A stretch of DNA of 24,385 bases from a virus (Duplodnaviria; Caudoviricetes), in the IMG/VR virus record IMGVR_UViG_3300037048_000303, positions 1 through 24,385 of that record. One strand, 5' to 3'. Position 1 is the first letter of the stretch, and each line of letters opens with the position of its first letter. This document shows positions 1-9,300 of the stretch, piece by piece. Below the pieces are notes generated by a model. The model saw nothing but the letters and a program-made list of their open reading frames with translations, made no database searches and had not been told where the DNA came from. The translations under genes were made by a program, and so were the position numbers.

Positions 1-1398
1 TTGGGCGAAGACAAACTCATACAAGAATTATTTCAAAAGATTGAAGAACTCACTTCCCGTCTTGAACAGGCAGAAAATGAAATTGCTGCACTCGAGTTGG
101 AAAATGCAGCATTAAAAACGCGATTAAACAGCAACAGCAATAACAGCAGCAAACCCCCTTCGAGCGATGGTTACCTGAAGAAACCTGCTTTCCCGAAGAC
201 AGGGAAAGGTAAACAAGGCGGCCAACCGGGACATCAGGGAAGGACATTGAACCAGGTTAACAGTCCTGATAAAACGGTAAGATGCAATCCACTAAGTTGT
301 AGTTGCGGGCATACATTTACAAGCGAAGAAATGTCACTTGCAGAGAAGCGCCAGGTTTTTGATTTGCCCGAACCCCGGCTGGAAGTCACCGAATACCAGA
401 TACACAAAGCGGTGTGTCCTGTTTGCAGGCTGGTACACAGGGGTGTTGCCCCCGAAGGGGTGAATGCTCCCGTGCAGTATGGGAACAGGACAAAAGCTTA
501 TGTAACCCTGCTGAATGTAGACTTTAAGCTTCCCTTTAAAAAAATACAGTTGCTGTTTGGAGATTTGTTCGACTGTCCGTTAAACGAATCATCTGTTTAT
601 TCAGCTTCTATGCAATGTTTTGAGAAGCTTGAGGAAAGCGAAAAAATAATCAAGTTAAAAGTCGCAGGTCAGGATGTTGCCCATGCCGACGAAACAGGTG
701 TGAGGGTAAAGGGAAAATTACACTGGCTGCATGTGGCAACATCTCAGCTTTATACCTATTTGTTTGTACATGCCAACAGGGGGACAAAAGCGTTGGAAAG
801 TGAAAAATCGGTACTGGGCGATTTTAAAGGTTGGCTTGTCCATGATTGTTGGAGCAGCTATTTTAAGTTCAACGGTTTGAGCCACTCAATTTGTGGGGCG
901 CATATATTGCGGGAACTCGAAGGGTTGATAGAAAATGACAATAACAGGTGGGCAAAAATATTCAAATCATTTTTAATGGATGTTTACAAAATGCCGTTCG
1001 AAGAAAGATTAAAACGGCGGCAACATATATGGGCAAGATATAAACTTATTTGTGGCATCGGTGAAAAATCCGAACCGCCACCAATAAAAATACCCGGCAG
1101 AAGGGGGCGGTATAAACGAACCAAAGCCAGGTGTCTTGTCGAACGCCTGATCAGCCAGCAACATGCTGTACTTGCTTTTGCATTCAACAAAAATGTCCCC
1201 TTTACGAACAACCTTGCCGAAAGGGATATCAGGCCAGCAAAAGTAAAACAGAAAATATCAAATTGTTTCCGCACAGAAACCGGTGCTGACATCTACGCAA
1301 GAATAGAAGGTTTTGTATCAACTGCCAGAAAGAATAACCGCAATGTTTTTTCAGAATTATGCGCTACTTTTGAGGGTACAAATTTTATTACTGGGTAA
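1..1398 (+). CDS. tnpC: IS66 family transposase (TnpC, single-ORF ISBst12-like group)
   Basis: N-terminal coiled coil followed by LNSNSNNSSKPPSSDG and GGQPGHQG, Cys pairs (CSCG...CPVC), RQVFDLP motif, and DDE-region motifs HADETG, HDCW, CGAHILREL and PFTNNLAERDIR, all typical of IS66 TnpC. Confidence 0.95.
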   Translation: MGEDKLIQELFQKIEELTSRLEQAENEIAALELENAALKTRLNSNSNNSSKPPSSDGYLKKPAFPKTGKGKQGGQPGHQGRTLNQVNSPDKTVRCNPLSCSCGHTFTSEEMSLAEKRQVFDLPEPRLEVTEYQIHKAVCPVCRLVHRGVAPEGVNAPVQYGNRTKAYVTLLNVDFKLPFKKIQLLFGDLFDCPLNESSVYSASMQCFEKLEESEKIIKLKVAGQDVAHADETGVRVKGKLHWLHVATSQLYTYLFVHANRGTKALESEKSVLGDFKGWLVHDCWSSYFKFNGLSHSICGAHILRELEGLIENDNNRWAKIFKSFLMDVYKMPFEERLKRRQHIWARYKLICGIGEKSEPPPIKIPGRRGRYKRTKARCLVERLISQQHAVLAFAFNKNVPFTNNLAERDIRPAKVKQKISNCFRTETGADIYARIEGFVSTARKNNRNVFSELCATFEGTNFITG

Positions 1399-1416
1399 TG
1401 GCAGGTAAATAATTAC
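1..1416 (+). mobile_element. IS66-family insertion sequence (left end outside window); right inverted repeat at ~1400-1416
   Basis: The transposase stop is followed directly by GGCAGGTAAATAATTAC. Its reverse complement, GTAATTATTTACC, starts with the GTAA terminus characteristic of IS66 inverted repeats. The predicted 8-bp target duplication would be ATTAAATA (1417-1424), which cannot be verified without the left flank. Confidence 0.8.
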
Positions 1417-1488
1417 ATTAAATATAGGTATTCATTTTAATCTGCTCTCATTTACTCAATACACCAATAACTTATTTACTTCTTTTTC

Positions 1489-1524
1489 TGTCCTTTCCTA
1501 ACCCTTTCTCCTTACATAGCTTTG
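1489..1524 (+). promoter_or_regulatory. Bipartite phage promoter copy 1: TGTCCTTT-N20-TAGCTTTG
   Basis: TGTCCTTT at 1489-1496 and a perfect Bacteroidota -7 box (TAnnTTTG) at 1517-1524, 12 nt before ATG 1537. The same architecture occurs five times. Confidence 0.75.
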
Positions 1525-1536
1525 AATAAAAAAGTT

Positions 1537-1815
1537 ATGGCTGAAAAAATCAGAAGAAACCTGATGCTCCGGGAATACGATGTAAAGGAAACCCCGGCAG
1601 GAAAACAAACTACTTTCAGTATCAAATTCATCAAACAAAACGGCGAAATCGTTTTTATGCCTCACGCAGTAGCATGCGGCCTTACCGCAAACATGAGCAA
1701 AAACAGCATCCGTGGTGTACTGCCAATCGACCTTCAGGGAAACAAAATAGGCCACCCCACACCGGTTAGCATTGATGCAATCATAGAATGGAACGGAATG
1801 ACAGTAATACTTTGA
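1537..1815 (+). CDS. Conserved-type small phage protein preceding the portal (92 aa), function unknown
   Basis: ORF 1522-1815. The TTG at 1522 lies inside the -7 box, so ATG 1537 (MAEKIRR...) is the preferred start. FSIKF...GE and C-terminal IIEWNG resemble the small gene found before the portal in Bacteroidota prophages. Confidence 0.7.
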   Translation: MAEKIRRNLMLREYDVKETPAGKQTTFSIKFIKQNGEIVFMPHAVACGLTANMSKNSIRGVLPIDLQGNKIGHPTPVSIDAIIEWNGMTVIL

Positions 1816-1820
1816 AACAC

Positions 1821-2090
1821 AATTAAAAATTAAAAATGCAAAATGATAAAAAGAATAAAGAGATTAATTGAAATAGGAAAGAGATTTGTAGAGATTTATT
1901 GTTTTCACAATCACAATCAATTACCACAAATCACGGCTGTTTTCTTCAATCACGGCTATTCGGCTGTTTTCCATCAATCACAACCAATCTCTTTAAATCA
2001 CGGATGTTCGGCTGTTTCCCAACAATCACAACCAATCTCTATAAATCACGGCTGTTTAATTTCTAATTTACAATTTCTAATTTCTAATTC
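1821..2090. repeat. Nested intergenic repeat mosaic (heptamers plus ~10-nt-periodic CAATCAC/AATCTCT/CGGCTGTTT units)
   Basis: AATTAAA-type heptamers at 1821-1845 and GAGATT units at 1859-1897. Four CAATCAC...CGGCTGTTT units at 1908-1942, 1947-1969, 1975-2017 and 2023-2057. Reverse-sense heptamers (TTTCTAA/TTTACAA) at 2056-2090. Confidence 0.85.
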
Positions 2091-2092
2091 CC

Positions 2093-3451
2093 ATGGCAAA
2101 CGTACAATTCAATAATTCTGGTGTTCCTTTAATCGGTTATGGAAACCGTGGCATGTACCTCAGTACAACTGGAGCTCCACTGGAAAAACCAAAGAAAACA
2201 GCAACACCACAACAGGTAGATCCCGATAAAACTTTAGTTGAAAATTATTCTATATCAGACTGGGGCGCAGGTAACAACTTCCCGCAATTCGCCGATGGCG
2301 TTATTAACTCAGTCAGTGTGCTGAACAGCGGATTAAAGTTTATCCGCAATTTTACATTAGGGCAGGGCATATTTCCGGTAACAGTGGAAGGCTTCGATGA
2401 TAATGGCAACGAAGTGCTGAAACAACTCACCGACCCGAAAATCCGCGCTTTTGCCAACAGCCGTATGGTCCGGCGATACCTCGAAAAAGCCACACGCGAT
2501 TACCTCAAATTTGGCCCTGCCTTTGTTCAGCTTCTGCCAAACGCTGATGGAAGCCAGCTTGTAGGTATCAACACCATTAATGCCAAGTATAGCCGACTCA
2601 GTGTTGCAAACGCTAATGGCTCAATTGAAAAGTGCATCGTTTCAGGAAAATGGCCGGATACTCCTTCAAAATCAGAGTACACCATTCACGATGTTCTTGA
2701 CGAATACGATCCGGAAGCAGATTTAAAACGCCGTCAGTATGCAAGATCAATAAAAGGAAAAAGTTTTATACAGGTAATTCGCGATAGTTGGAGCAACAAC
2801 GAATATTACAGCTCTCCGGTCTGGAATTCAGCCTACACTGCCGGATGGATTGATGTTGCAAAGGCAATACCATCATTTTTAAAACAGGCTTACACCAACC
2901 AAATCACATGGAAATGGCACGTTCAGATTCCATACGCTTTCTGGGACAGAAAATTCCCGGAAGCAGAATACCCGGATGTCGCGCTTCGCTCACAGGCCAT
3001 CAACAAATTTATGGATGAAATCGAAGATAATCTTTGCGGCACTGCCAACGCAAACAAACCAGTCTTCACTATGTTTGAAGTCGGCCCCAGTGGAAGAACC
3101 GAAGAGCAGTGGATCATCACACCACTACAAAATAAACTCAGCAGCGAACAGGATTTAATCTCAAGTGCAGCTGCAAACTCTGAAATCCTGTTCTCCCTGA
3201 TGGTTAACCCAAATGTGTTGGGCGCAGGAATGCCCGGGGGAGCTTATGCTGGAAATCAAGGCGGTAGCAATATCCGCGAAGCTTTCCTGGTCAATATCGC
3301 AAATGCCTGGCTCGACCGGCAGAACCTGCTCGACCCGCTTGAAACCTTTGTGAAATTTAACGGCGCTCCCGAAACAATGGAGTGGAGATTCAGAAATACA
3401 ATTTTAACAACTCTTGATACCGGCAGCGGTACCAAAAAAACTTTAAGCTAA
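2093..3451 (+). CDS. Phage portal protein
   Basis: 452 aa with WGAGNNFPQ, DYLKFG, YYSSPVW, EILFSLMVNPNVLG and GSNIREAF motifs typical of Bacteroidota phage portals. First large gene of the morphogenesis operon. Confidence 0.8.
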   Translation: MANVQFNNSGVPLIGYGNRGMYLSTTGAPLEKPKKTATPQQVDPDKTLVENYSISDWGAGNNFPQFADGVINSVSVLNSGLKFIRNFTLGQGIFPVTVEGFDDNGNEVLKQLTDPKIRAFANSRMVRRYLEKATRDYLKFGPAFVQLLPNADGSQLVGINTINAKYSRLSVANANGSIEKCIVSGKWPDTPSKSEYTIHDVLDEYDPEADLKRRQYARSIKGKSFIQVIRDSWSNNEYYSSPVWNSAYTAGWIDVAKAIPSFLKQAYTNQITWKWHVQIPYAFWDRKFPEAEYPDVALRSQAINKFMDEIEDNLCGTANANKPVFTMFEVGPSGRTEEQWIITPLQNKLSSEQDLISSAAANSEILFSLMVNPNVLGAGMPGGAYAGNQGGSNIREAFLVNIANAWLDRQNLLDPLETFVKFNGAPETMEWRFRNTILTTLDTGSGTKKTLS

Positions 3452-4428
3452 TGTTACTTAAAACCATCACCGAAATAAAAGCTATCCTGCCCATTGGTGT
3501 AGGTAACGATTTTAACAGAATTAAATCTCATATCGAAAATGCTGAAAACAGGTACATCAAACCCCTGTTAGGTTTCGAAATGTACGACGCTCTCGAAGCC
3601 TTGTACAAAGCAGATGAATCTCAGACACCTACGGATGATGAAAAACTTCGAAGAGAACTGCTCGGAAAAATTCAGTTTGCAACAATTTACCTTGCATTTT
3701 ATATCGGTTTTGATTTTCTGAATGTTTCCGTTACCGATGCAGGTTTTCAAAGAATGGAAACCGAACGTACAAAAGGTTTATACAAATACCAGGAAGATGC
3801 AATAAAAGCTTTCTTTGCTGAAACCGGTTTCAACGCACTGGATGATGTGCTGACTTTCCTTGAACTGAATATCGATTCATTTGAGGAATTTATGACCTCG
3901 GAAAACTTTAACAAACTCATTACCTCATTTCTGCCTACCGTTAAAGTTGTTGAGGAAATCCCTTTCAATATCCACCGCAGCAACCTGATTTTCCTTGCAT
4001 TAAAACCTTCCATTGCCTATATCGAAGATACTGCCATCAGGCCTGTACTTGGAGAAACAATTTATGCCACCGTTAAAACAGAAATGGCAAACGAAGTTAT
4101 CGATACTAAAGTTCTCAAATTGCTTCCTTACATCCGCAAACCTTTGATTTATCTGGCCAGCACCATGCTGATGGAAGAAACAGGCGCTACTTTGTACGAT
4201 AAAGGTCTTTACTTCGAAAAAAACGAGGATCAGCAACGCGCCAAAACAGTAAAAGCCCCGGCAACCGAACAACATATTGCAGTACTGGTAAGCCGTAATC
4301 GCGTTATCGGTAACAGCTATCTTGAAATGCTAAAAGCGCACCTGCTCGAAAACTGGCCTGAATACTCAGGGCAAACCGGTTCCGTGTATAAAAGAGACAA
4401 TTATGGTAAGAAAACATTTTTCGCTTAA
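3451..4428 (+). CDS. Probable head-tail adaptor (DUF6712-like), 325 aa
   Basis: Coupled to the portal (TAATG overlap). Internal duplication AENRYIKPLLGFEMY / IEDTAIRPVLGETIY, and position right after the portal. Confidence 0.6.
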   Translation: MLLKTITEIKAILPIGVGNDFNRIKSHIENAENRYIKPLLGFEMYDALEALYKADESQTPTDDEKLRRELLGKIQFATIYLAFYIGFDFLNVSVTDAGFQRMETERTKGLYKYQEDAIKAFFAETGFNALDDVLTFLELNIDSFEEFMTSENFNKLITSFLPTVKVVEEIPFNIHRSNLIFLALKPSIAYIEDTAIRPVLGETIYATVKTEMANEVIDTKVLKLLPYIRKPLIYLASTMLMEETGATLYDKGLYFEKNEDQQRAKTVKAPATEQHIAVLVSRNRVIGNSYLEMLKAHLLENWPEYSGQTGSVYKRDNYGKKTFFA

Positions 4429-4435
4429 ACTCAAT

Positions 4436-5212
4436 ATGGAAAAAATCACACTCGAATATCAGCCATTCCGTTTCCTGAAATATACCCGCACCTGGCAGGG
4501 TTTTTTCCCATCGACATTCGCTGAGCTTACTCCGTTACAATTTATTGCAATTGCAAAACTTATAAATGGAACGATTTCCGAAAAAGGTTTCCTGAAAATC
4601 ATGACAGGTATAAAGAAAATCTCCACAAACCTGCTCAGCGATTTTGACAGATACAACCTTATGAATCTTTTCGAGCCATTCATGGATGTAAAACCACACA
4701 ACGCTTTTATCATTCCTGAAATAAAAACTTCCGGGAAGATTTTCTGTTCACCAAAATCAAAAATGGCTGGCGTCACTTTTGCACAATTTATTTTTATCGA
4801 AAGCTATTTTACAGATTACCAAACCGTCAAAAAACCAAGCGATCTTCATAAATTCATTGCCTCACTTTATCTGGAGCAAAACCATTCCTTTAACGAAAAT
4901 GAAATTTCATTAAACGCTTCAACACTTTCCCATGCTAAACCCGAAATTCTTGAAGCCATCGTTATTAACTATGTTTTAATACGGGGATGGCTTGCAAGAT
5001 CCTATCCAATAATATTTCAACAGGAAGAAGAAACAGAGGAACAACCAAAGCCCAAAACACATAAAAACCCCGGGAACTCCGGATGGATAAAAATATTTGA
5101 AAACATAGTTGGCGATGACCTAATCAATCATGACAGATATGCCCTTTTGCCACTTCACAATGTTTTAAGATGGATGACAGGTAAGATTGTAGAAAACATC
5201 AAACGCAAATAA
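4436..5212 (+). CDS. Phage protein, possible tail assembly chaperone (258 aa)
   Basis: ORF 4403-5212. ATG 4436 avoids overlap with the upstream gene. Twice-repeated P..(F/M)..(L/V)T..QFI motif (PSTFAELTPLQFI; PKSKMAGVTFAQFI), reminiscent of chaperone-like proteins upstream of tape measure genes. Confidence 0.5.
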   Translation: MEKITLEYQPFRFLKYTRTWQGFFPSTFAELTPLQFIAIAKLINGTISEKGFLKIMTGIKKISTNLLSDFDRYNLMNLFEPFMDVKPHNAFIIPEIKTSGKIFCSPKSKMAGVTFAQFIFIESYFTDYQTVKKPSDLHKFIASLYLEQNHSFNENEISLNASTLSHAKPEILEAIVINYVLIRGWLARSYPIIFQQEEETEEQPKPKTHKNPGNSGWIKIFENIVGDDLINHDRYALLPLHNVLRWMTGKIVENIKRK

Positions 5213-5214
5213 AC

Positions 5215-5715
5215 ATGAACAACAACTTTTCACAACTGATAGCTTACTTCGAAAACCTTGCAAAAGCTCATATTGAAATTCAGCATACCGAAAACGAAAA
5301 ACACTTCTTTCGATTTGAACTCGACGAAGTGCTGAATGGAATCAATCGTACTGATGTCGCATACCCAATGCTTATTCTCGAAGGATACAGTTATGACTAT
5401 ACCGATAACAAAAGCGACAACATTCTCAAAAACCGCAGCGGAGCTTTTATACTGCTCGACCATTGCCCCGATATCAGCGATTACGCCAAAGTCCATGAGA
5501 TATGGGATAACCTCGAAAGTATTGCCGATGATATCCTGATTAAAATCAAGTCTGACAAACGAAATCCACTTACACCGGTGGTCCGTGGTTTTGAATATTC
5601 AAGCGTTGAATCAAAACTGATTGCCAACGAAATCGGTAACTCAATAGGCATACGACTTACTTTTACCATTTCGTCACCGGTTCCATCCGATATTAATTCA
5701 GCGAAATGGCTTTAA
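5215..5715 (+). CDS. Probable tail terminator/tail completion protein (166 aa)
   Basis: Size, position and pattern (YPMLILE...AFILL...ESIADDIL...GIRLTFTI) match siphovirus tail-terminator-like proteins. Confidence 0.5.
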   Translation: MNNNFSQLIAYFENLAKAHIEIQHTENEKHFFRFELDEVLNGINRTDVAYPMLILEGYSYDYTDNKSDNILKNRSGAFILLDHCPDISDYAKVHEIWDNLESIADDILIKIKSDKRNPLTPVVRGFEYSSVESKLIANEIGNSIGIRLTFTISSPVPSDINSAKWL

Positions 5716-6158
5716 GCATACAGGGTGTAATCGAACAGAACAATATTGTTAACCGATGGATACCAAAAGTAAACAGGGAACTCCGTAGCAGCGCCTCATG
5801 GTTTCAGTTTGGAAAAACGCAATCATTCATCACCAGGGGAACAGGTTCAAAACAACGACAGGAAGGTAAACTTGTAAACAGCATCAAACCATCAACAAAA
5901 CAATCCTACGGTGAAATCGATACCATTTCATTTTCATTCGAACGTCATGGAATATTTGTTCACAAGGGCGTAGGCCGAGGATGGAAAATGAATGGAAAAC
6001 TGGTTACAAGAACAGCCAAAGGTAAAATGACAAATGGTGGAAGAAATTCAGTTGAATGGTTTAATCCGGTTATTGACAGAAACGCTCCTGTTCTCGCTGA
6101 CCACATCGCAATAGTAAACGCCAATGCAGTACTAAACGCCACTAAACTCAAAATCTAA
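5706..6158 (+). CDS. Probable neck/tail-completion protein (150 aa, basic)
   Basis: GKLVNSI...FSFERHGIFVHKGVGRG...WFNP resembles HK97-gp10/Ne1-like neck proteins. Overlaps the previous gene. Confidence 0.5.
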   Translation: MALSIQGVIEQNNIVNRWIPKVNRELRSSASWFQFGKTQSFITRGTGSKQRQEGKLVNSIKPSTKQSYGEIDTISFSFERHGIFVHKGVGRGWKMNGKLVTRTAKGKMTNGGRNSVEWFNPVIDRNAPVLADHIAIVNANAVLNATKLKI

Positions 6159-6194
6159 ATTACCCTTTTATTAGTGGTCCTGCGTTTTTTTCTT

Positions 6195-6224
6195 GCATTC
6201 ATGCATTATAGCATTCACGCATTT
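6195..6224 (+). repeat. Octamer tandem repeat (GCATTCAT GCATTATA GCATTCAC GCATTT)
   Basis: Read directly from the sequence. A related CATTCACGCATTT recurs at ~11323-11335. Confidence 0.75.
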
Positions 6225-6229
6225 ATTTG

Positions 6230-6265
6230 TGTCCTTTCCCATCATTCTTCCCTAACCTACTTTTA
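6230..6265 (+). promoter_or_regulatory. Bipartite phage promoter copy 2: TGTCCTTT-N20-TACTTTTA
   Basis: TGTCCTTT at 6230-6237, exactly 20 nt, then TACTTTTA at 6258-6265. Upstream of the tape measure gene. Confidence 0.75.
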
Positions 6266-6292
6266 ACAACAGTTACAACAAAGATTTCTTAA

Positions 6293-6324
6293 CTCCCTCT
6301 CCTTTGGAGAGGGTCGGGGAGAGG
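6293..6324. repeat. REP-like palindrome CTCCCTCTCCTTTGGAGAGGGTCGGGGAGAGG
   Basis: Perfect stem CCCTCTCC-TTT-GGAGAGGG (6295-6313) with a GGGGAGAGG tail, the form of the widespread CCCTCTCC...GGGGAGAGG extragenic palindromes. Lies in the predicted tape measure 5' UTR. Confidence 0.75.
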
Positions 6325-6344
6325 CTTCTTTTTAATTTACTAAC

Positions 6345-9300
6345 ATGGCAACAACCTATACAAGACGAATAAACCTTTACATCAACGGCAAACAGGTTTC
6401 TGCCGATATTGTTTCCATCCGTAAGGAAATGTCAAAGCTTGTAAACGAACAGGCACGCATGACCCTCGGCAGCAAAGATTATGTAAAACATACCGCCAAA
6501 ATCAAATCCCTCAAAACAATCATCGACCAACACAATCAGGATTTAAGCACTACCCATAAAAAGTGGAATAACTTCCAAAAAATGGCTGATGCTGCCAACC
6601 GCTATTTTGCTGTTATCACCGCAGGTATTGCCGCAGTTGCAGGCGCTGTTATGACAGTAAAACAAACCGTTGAAGCTTTTGCCGAATATGATGATAAGCT
6701 TGTGGACGTTATGAAAACCACCGACCTGACCAAAATGGAAACCCAGGCGCTGAATGAGGAAATCCGCAAAATAAATACCCGCACAGCACAAATCGAATTG
6801 CTTGAACTGGCCCGGGTAGCCGGTAAACTCGGTATCAGGGGAAAGGAAGATATTCTGGGTTTCGTAAATGCAACAGATAAAATAAAAGTCGCTCTGGCCG
6901 AAGATTTGGGCGGCGATACGGAAGAATCCGTTCGCCAGCTCGGAAAACTGGTTGACATCTTCAAACTCGATCAGGAATTTACAATGGAGGAATCATTGCT
7001 AAAAATTGGTAGCGCAATGAATGCCCTGGGCGCTTCCGGTACTGCCAACGAAGGTTACATGCTCGAATTCACAAAACGGGTGGCCGGGGTAGCTCCAACA
7101 GCAGGCATAACCATCGACAAAATTCTGGGTATCGCAACTACGCTTGATGAATTGGGCCAAACTTCGGAGGTTTCCGGAACAGCATTTAACCAGGTTATCA
7201 GCAATATGTTTAAAAATACTGCCGATTACGCACATGTGGCTGGTATGGAACTGCAGGCTTTTACCGATTTAATGAACGAAGATGCCAACGAAGCCCTTAT
7301 TCAGTTATTGATTGGCGCCAAAGGCAGTACCGATGGTTTTGGGCAATTGGCAAAATCTCTCAGCTCACTGGGAATGGATGGTGTTCGCGCTACAAACGTT
7401 CTTGGTGTACTGGCTGCCAACATCGATCAGCTTCGCGAAAACCAAAAGTTTAGTAACGAAGAATTTGTAAAAGGAAATTCACTTTTAATAGAGTTCAACA
7501 AAAAGAACAACAGCGCACAGGCTAACCTTGAAAAAGCCTCAAAAATATTTAAACAGGTACAGGTTGATTTGGGCGAAAAACTTGCTCCCATTTATGCCAG
7601 TACAATCAAAAAAGCATCCACACTGCTTAAAGTTTTTGGCGCTACCGTCGAATTCCTGTTCAAATATGGTGCAACCATTGTTTTTGCAACCGGCTACCTG
7701 ATTACTTATACCGCAGCAGTTAAGATACTGGCTTTATGGGAAGCACGAAAAAACACACAGATGGGCCTTGGCCTTGTTGTACTCCGCGCCAACATTTTCT
7801 TAAATCGTGCCGGAAGCGCTGCAATGCTGCTTTATGCTGCTGCAGTTGCAGTACTCGAAGGTAATTTTAAACGTGCTGCCGTTGCAATGCGCCTGTTTAT
7901 GGCTTTTGCATCTGCAACGCCCATCGGGCTTGCTTTTACTGCAATCGCCGGGCTGATTCTCGCTATACGTGGCTATGATAAATACATGAGCGGAGCCAAT
8001 GAACGTGCCCAACAGCAAGCTAAAGCATTAAAAGATTTAAAAATAATGACCGATGCCTACACCGGCCATCTTGAAAAATTGAATGATACCATAAAGGATT
8101 CAAACACACTTACCCTGGAACAAAAAAGAGTGATGGCTGAATCGAGCGCTGAAATGATTGGCGCTATCGAAAATACAATCCGTCTGCAAAAACTCGAACA
8201 GGATATGCTTCGCCAAACGAACACAAGGGCCACACTCTGGCAAAAAACAGTCAATATCTTTAAATCCGGTGGTAACCCATACCTCACCGCTTCATTAAAC
8301 ATGATGGATGCAGTTGAAAACGGGCAGGAAGCCGCGGAAACCATGAACACAGGAATCGACCAGCTTGAAAACACCATGATAGGTTTAAAGGGAGCTGCAA
8401 AAGGTGTTTGGGAAATCGTTAATGCTGAAAGCATTGGTGATAAAATCGGTACCGAATCACTGGTGATGATGAACGAAAAACTGGCAAAATACAAGATTGC
8501 CCTCGACAATGCCATTTTTGGAGGCAAAGATTATATCCGGATTCAACAGAAAATTAAGGATTTGGAAAGTAAAATGAATCCCCCCAAATGGACATCCGAT
8601 GATGAAATCAACCAGCAAATCGAAGTTCTCACAGCAGCGTTTAATAAAAAACAAGCGCTTATCCGTCAGGATTATCTTAAAGGCAAAACCAATGAGGATG
8701 AATACAATGACCTGATGCTACTGAGCGAGCTAAAATTCCTTGACGATAAACTCAAAATATATAACGCCGGTTCACAGGAATACCAGGAAGCTGTAAACAA
8801 AGCCCTCGAATTGCAGGTAGCAGTGGATATTAAGCTTCGCGATTTACAGTTAAAAGCTGTTGAAGAACTGGCTAACGCCAAAATCGAAAATTTCCGCGAT
8901 GAATTTCAACGTCAGGAAGAAGCCGAAATTGAACGTTGGAATCAGGAAAAAACCGCACTGGAAAAACAATTATTTGACAAAGTTACCCTGAATGAAAAAG
9001 AACAGGCCATCAACGATGCTATCCATCAGATAATACAGGAAAAGGAAAAGAAACATCAGCAGGTAATGGCCGACCTGAAAACCGGCAAGAATCTGGTTGA
9101 CCTTGAAAATATGGTTACTGCAACCGATCCTTTTGATGAAGAAGTTGCTCCGCTGGAACAAATGCAGGAATCTTTTAACGCCCGGGCTGAACTGATTCAG
9201 GCACAATATGTCAACGAACTTAATCTGGCTGCCGGAAACCACGCTGCAATGCTGGCCGCAGAAAAAAGATACAGCGACGCTATGCTTCAGCTTAAACTCG

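Noticed and set aside
1908-2057. Possible CRISPR array
   Set aside because: Repeat units are degenerate and nearly adjacent, with only 4-5 nt between them. There are no unique 30-40 nt spacers and no cas genes.
1843-2115. 90-aa ORF MIKRIKRLIEIG...
   Set aside because: It is translated repeat DNA (NHG.SAV..QSQPIS repeats, ISNLQFLISN from heptamers) and overlaps the portal start, so it is unlikely to be a real gene.
4498-4524. G GGT TTT slippery heptamer in the chaperone-like gene (tail chaperone -1 frameshift)
   Set aside because: It is only ~21 codons into the gene, and the -1 frame stops at 4522-4524, unlike the G/GT arrangement.
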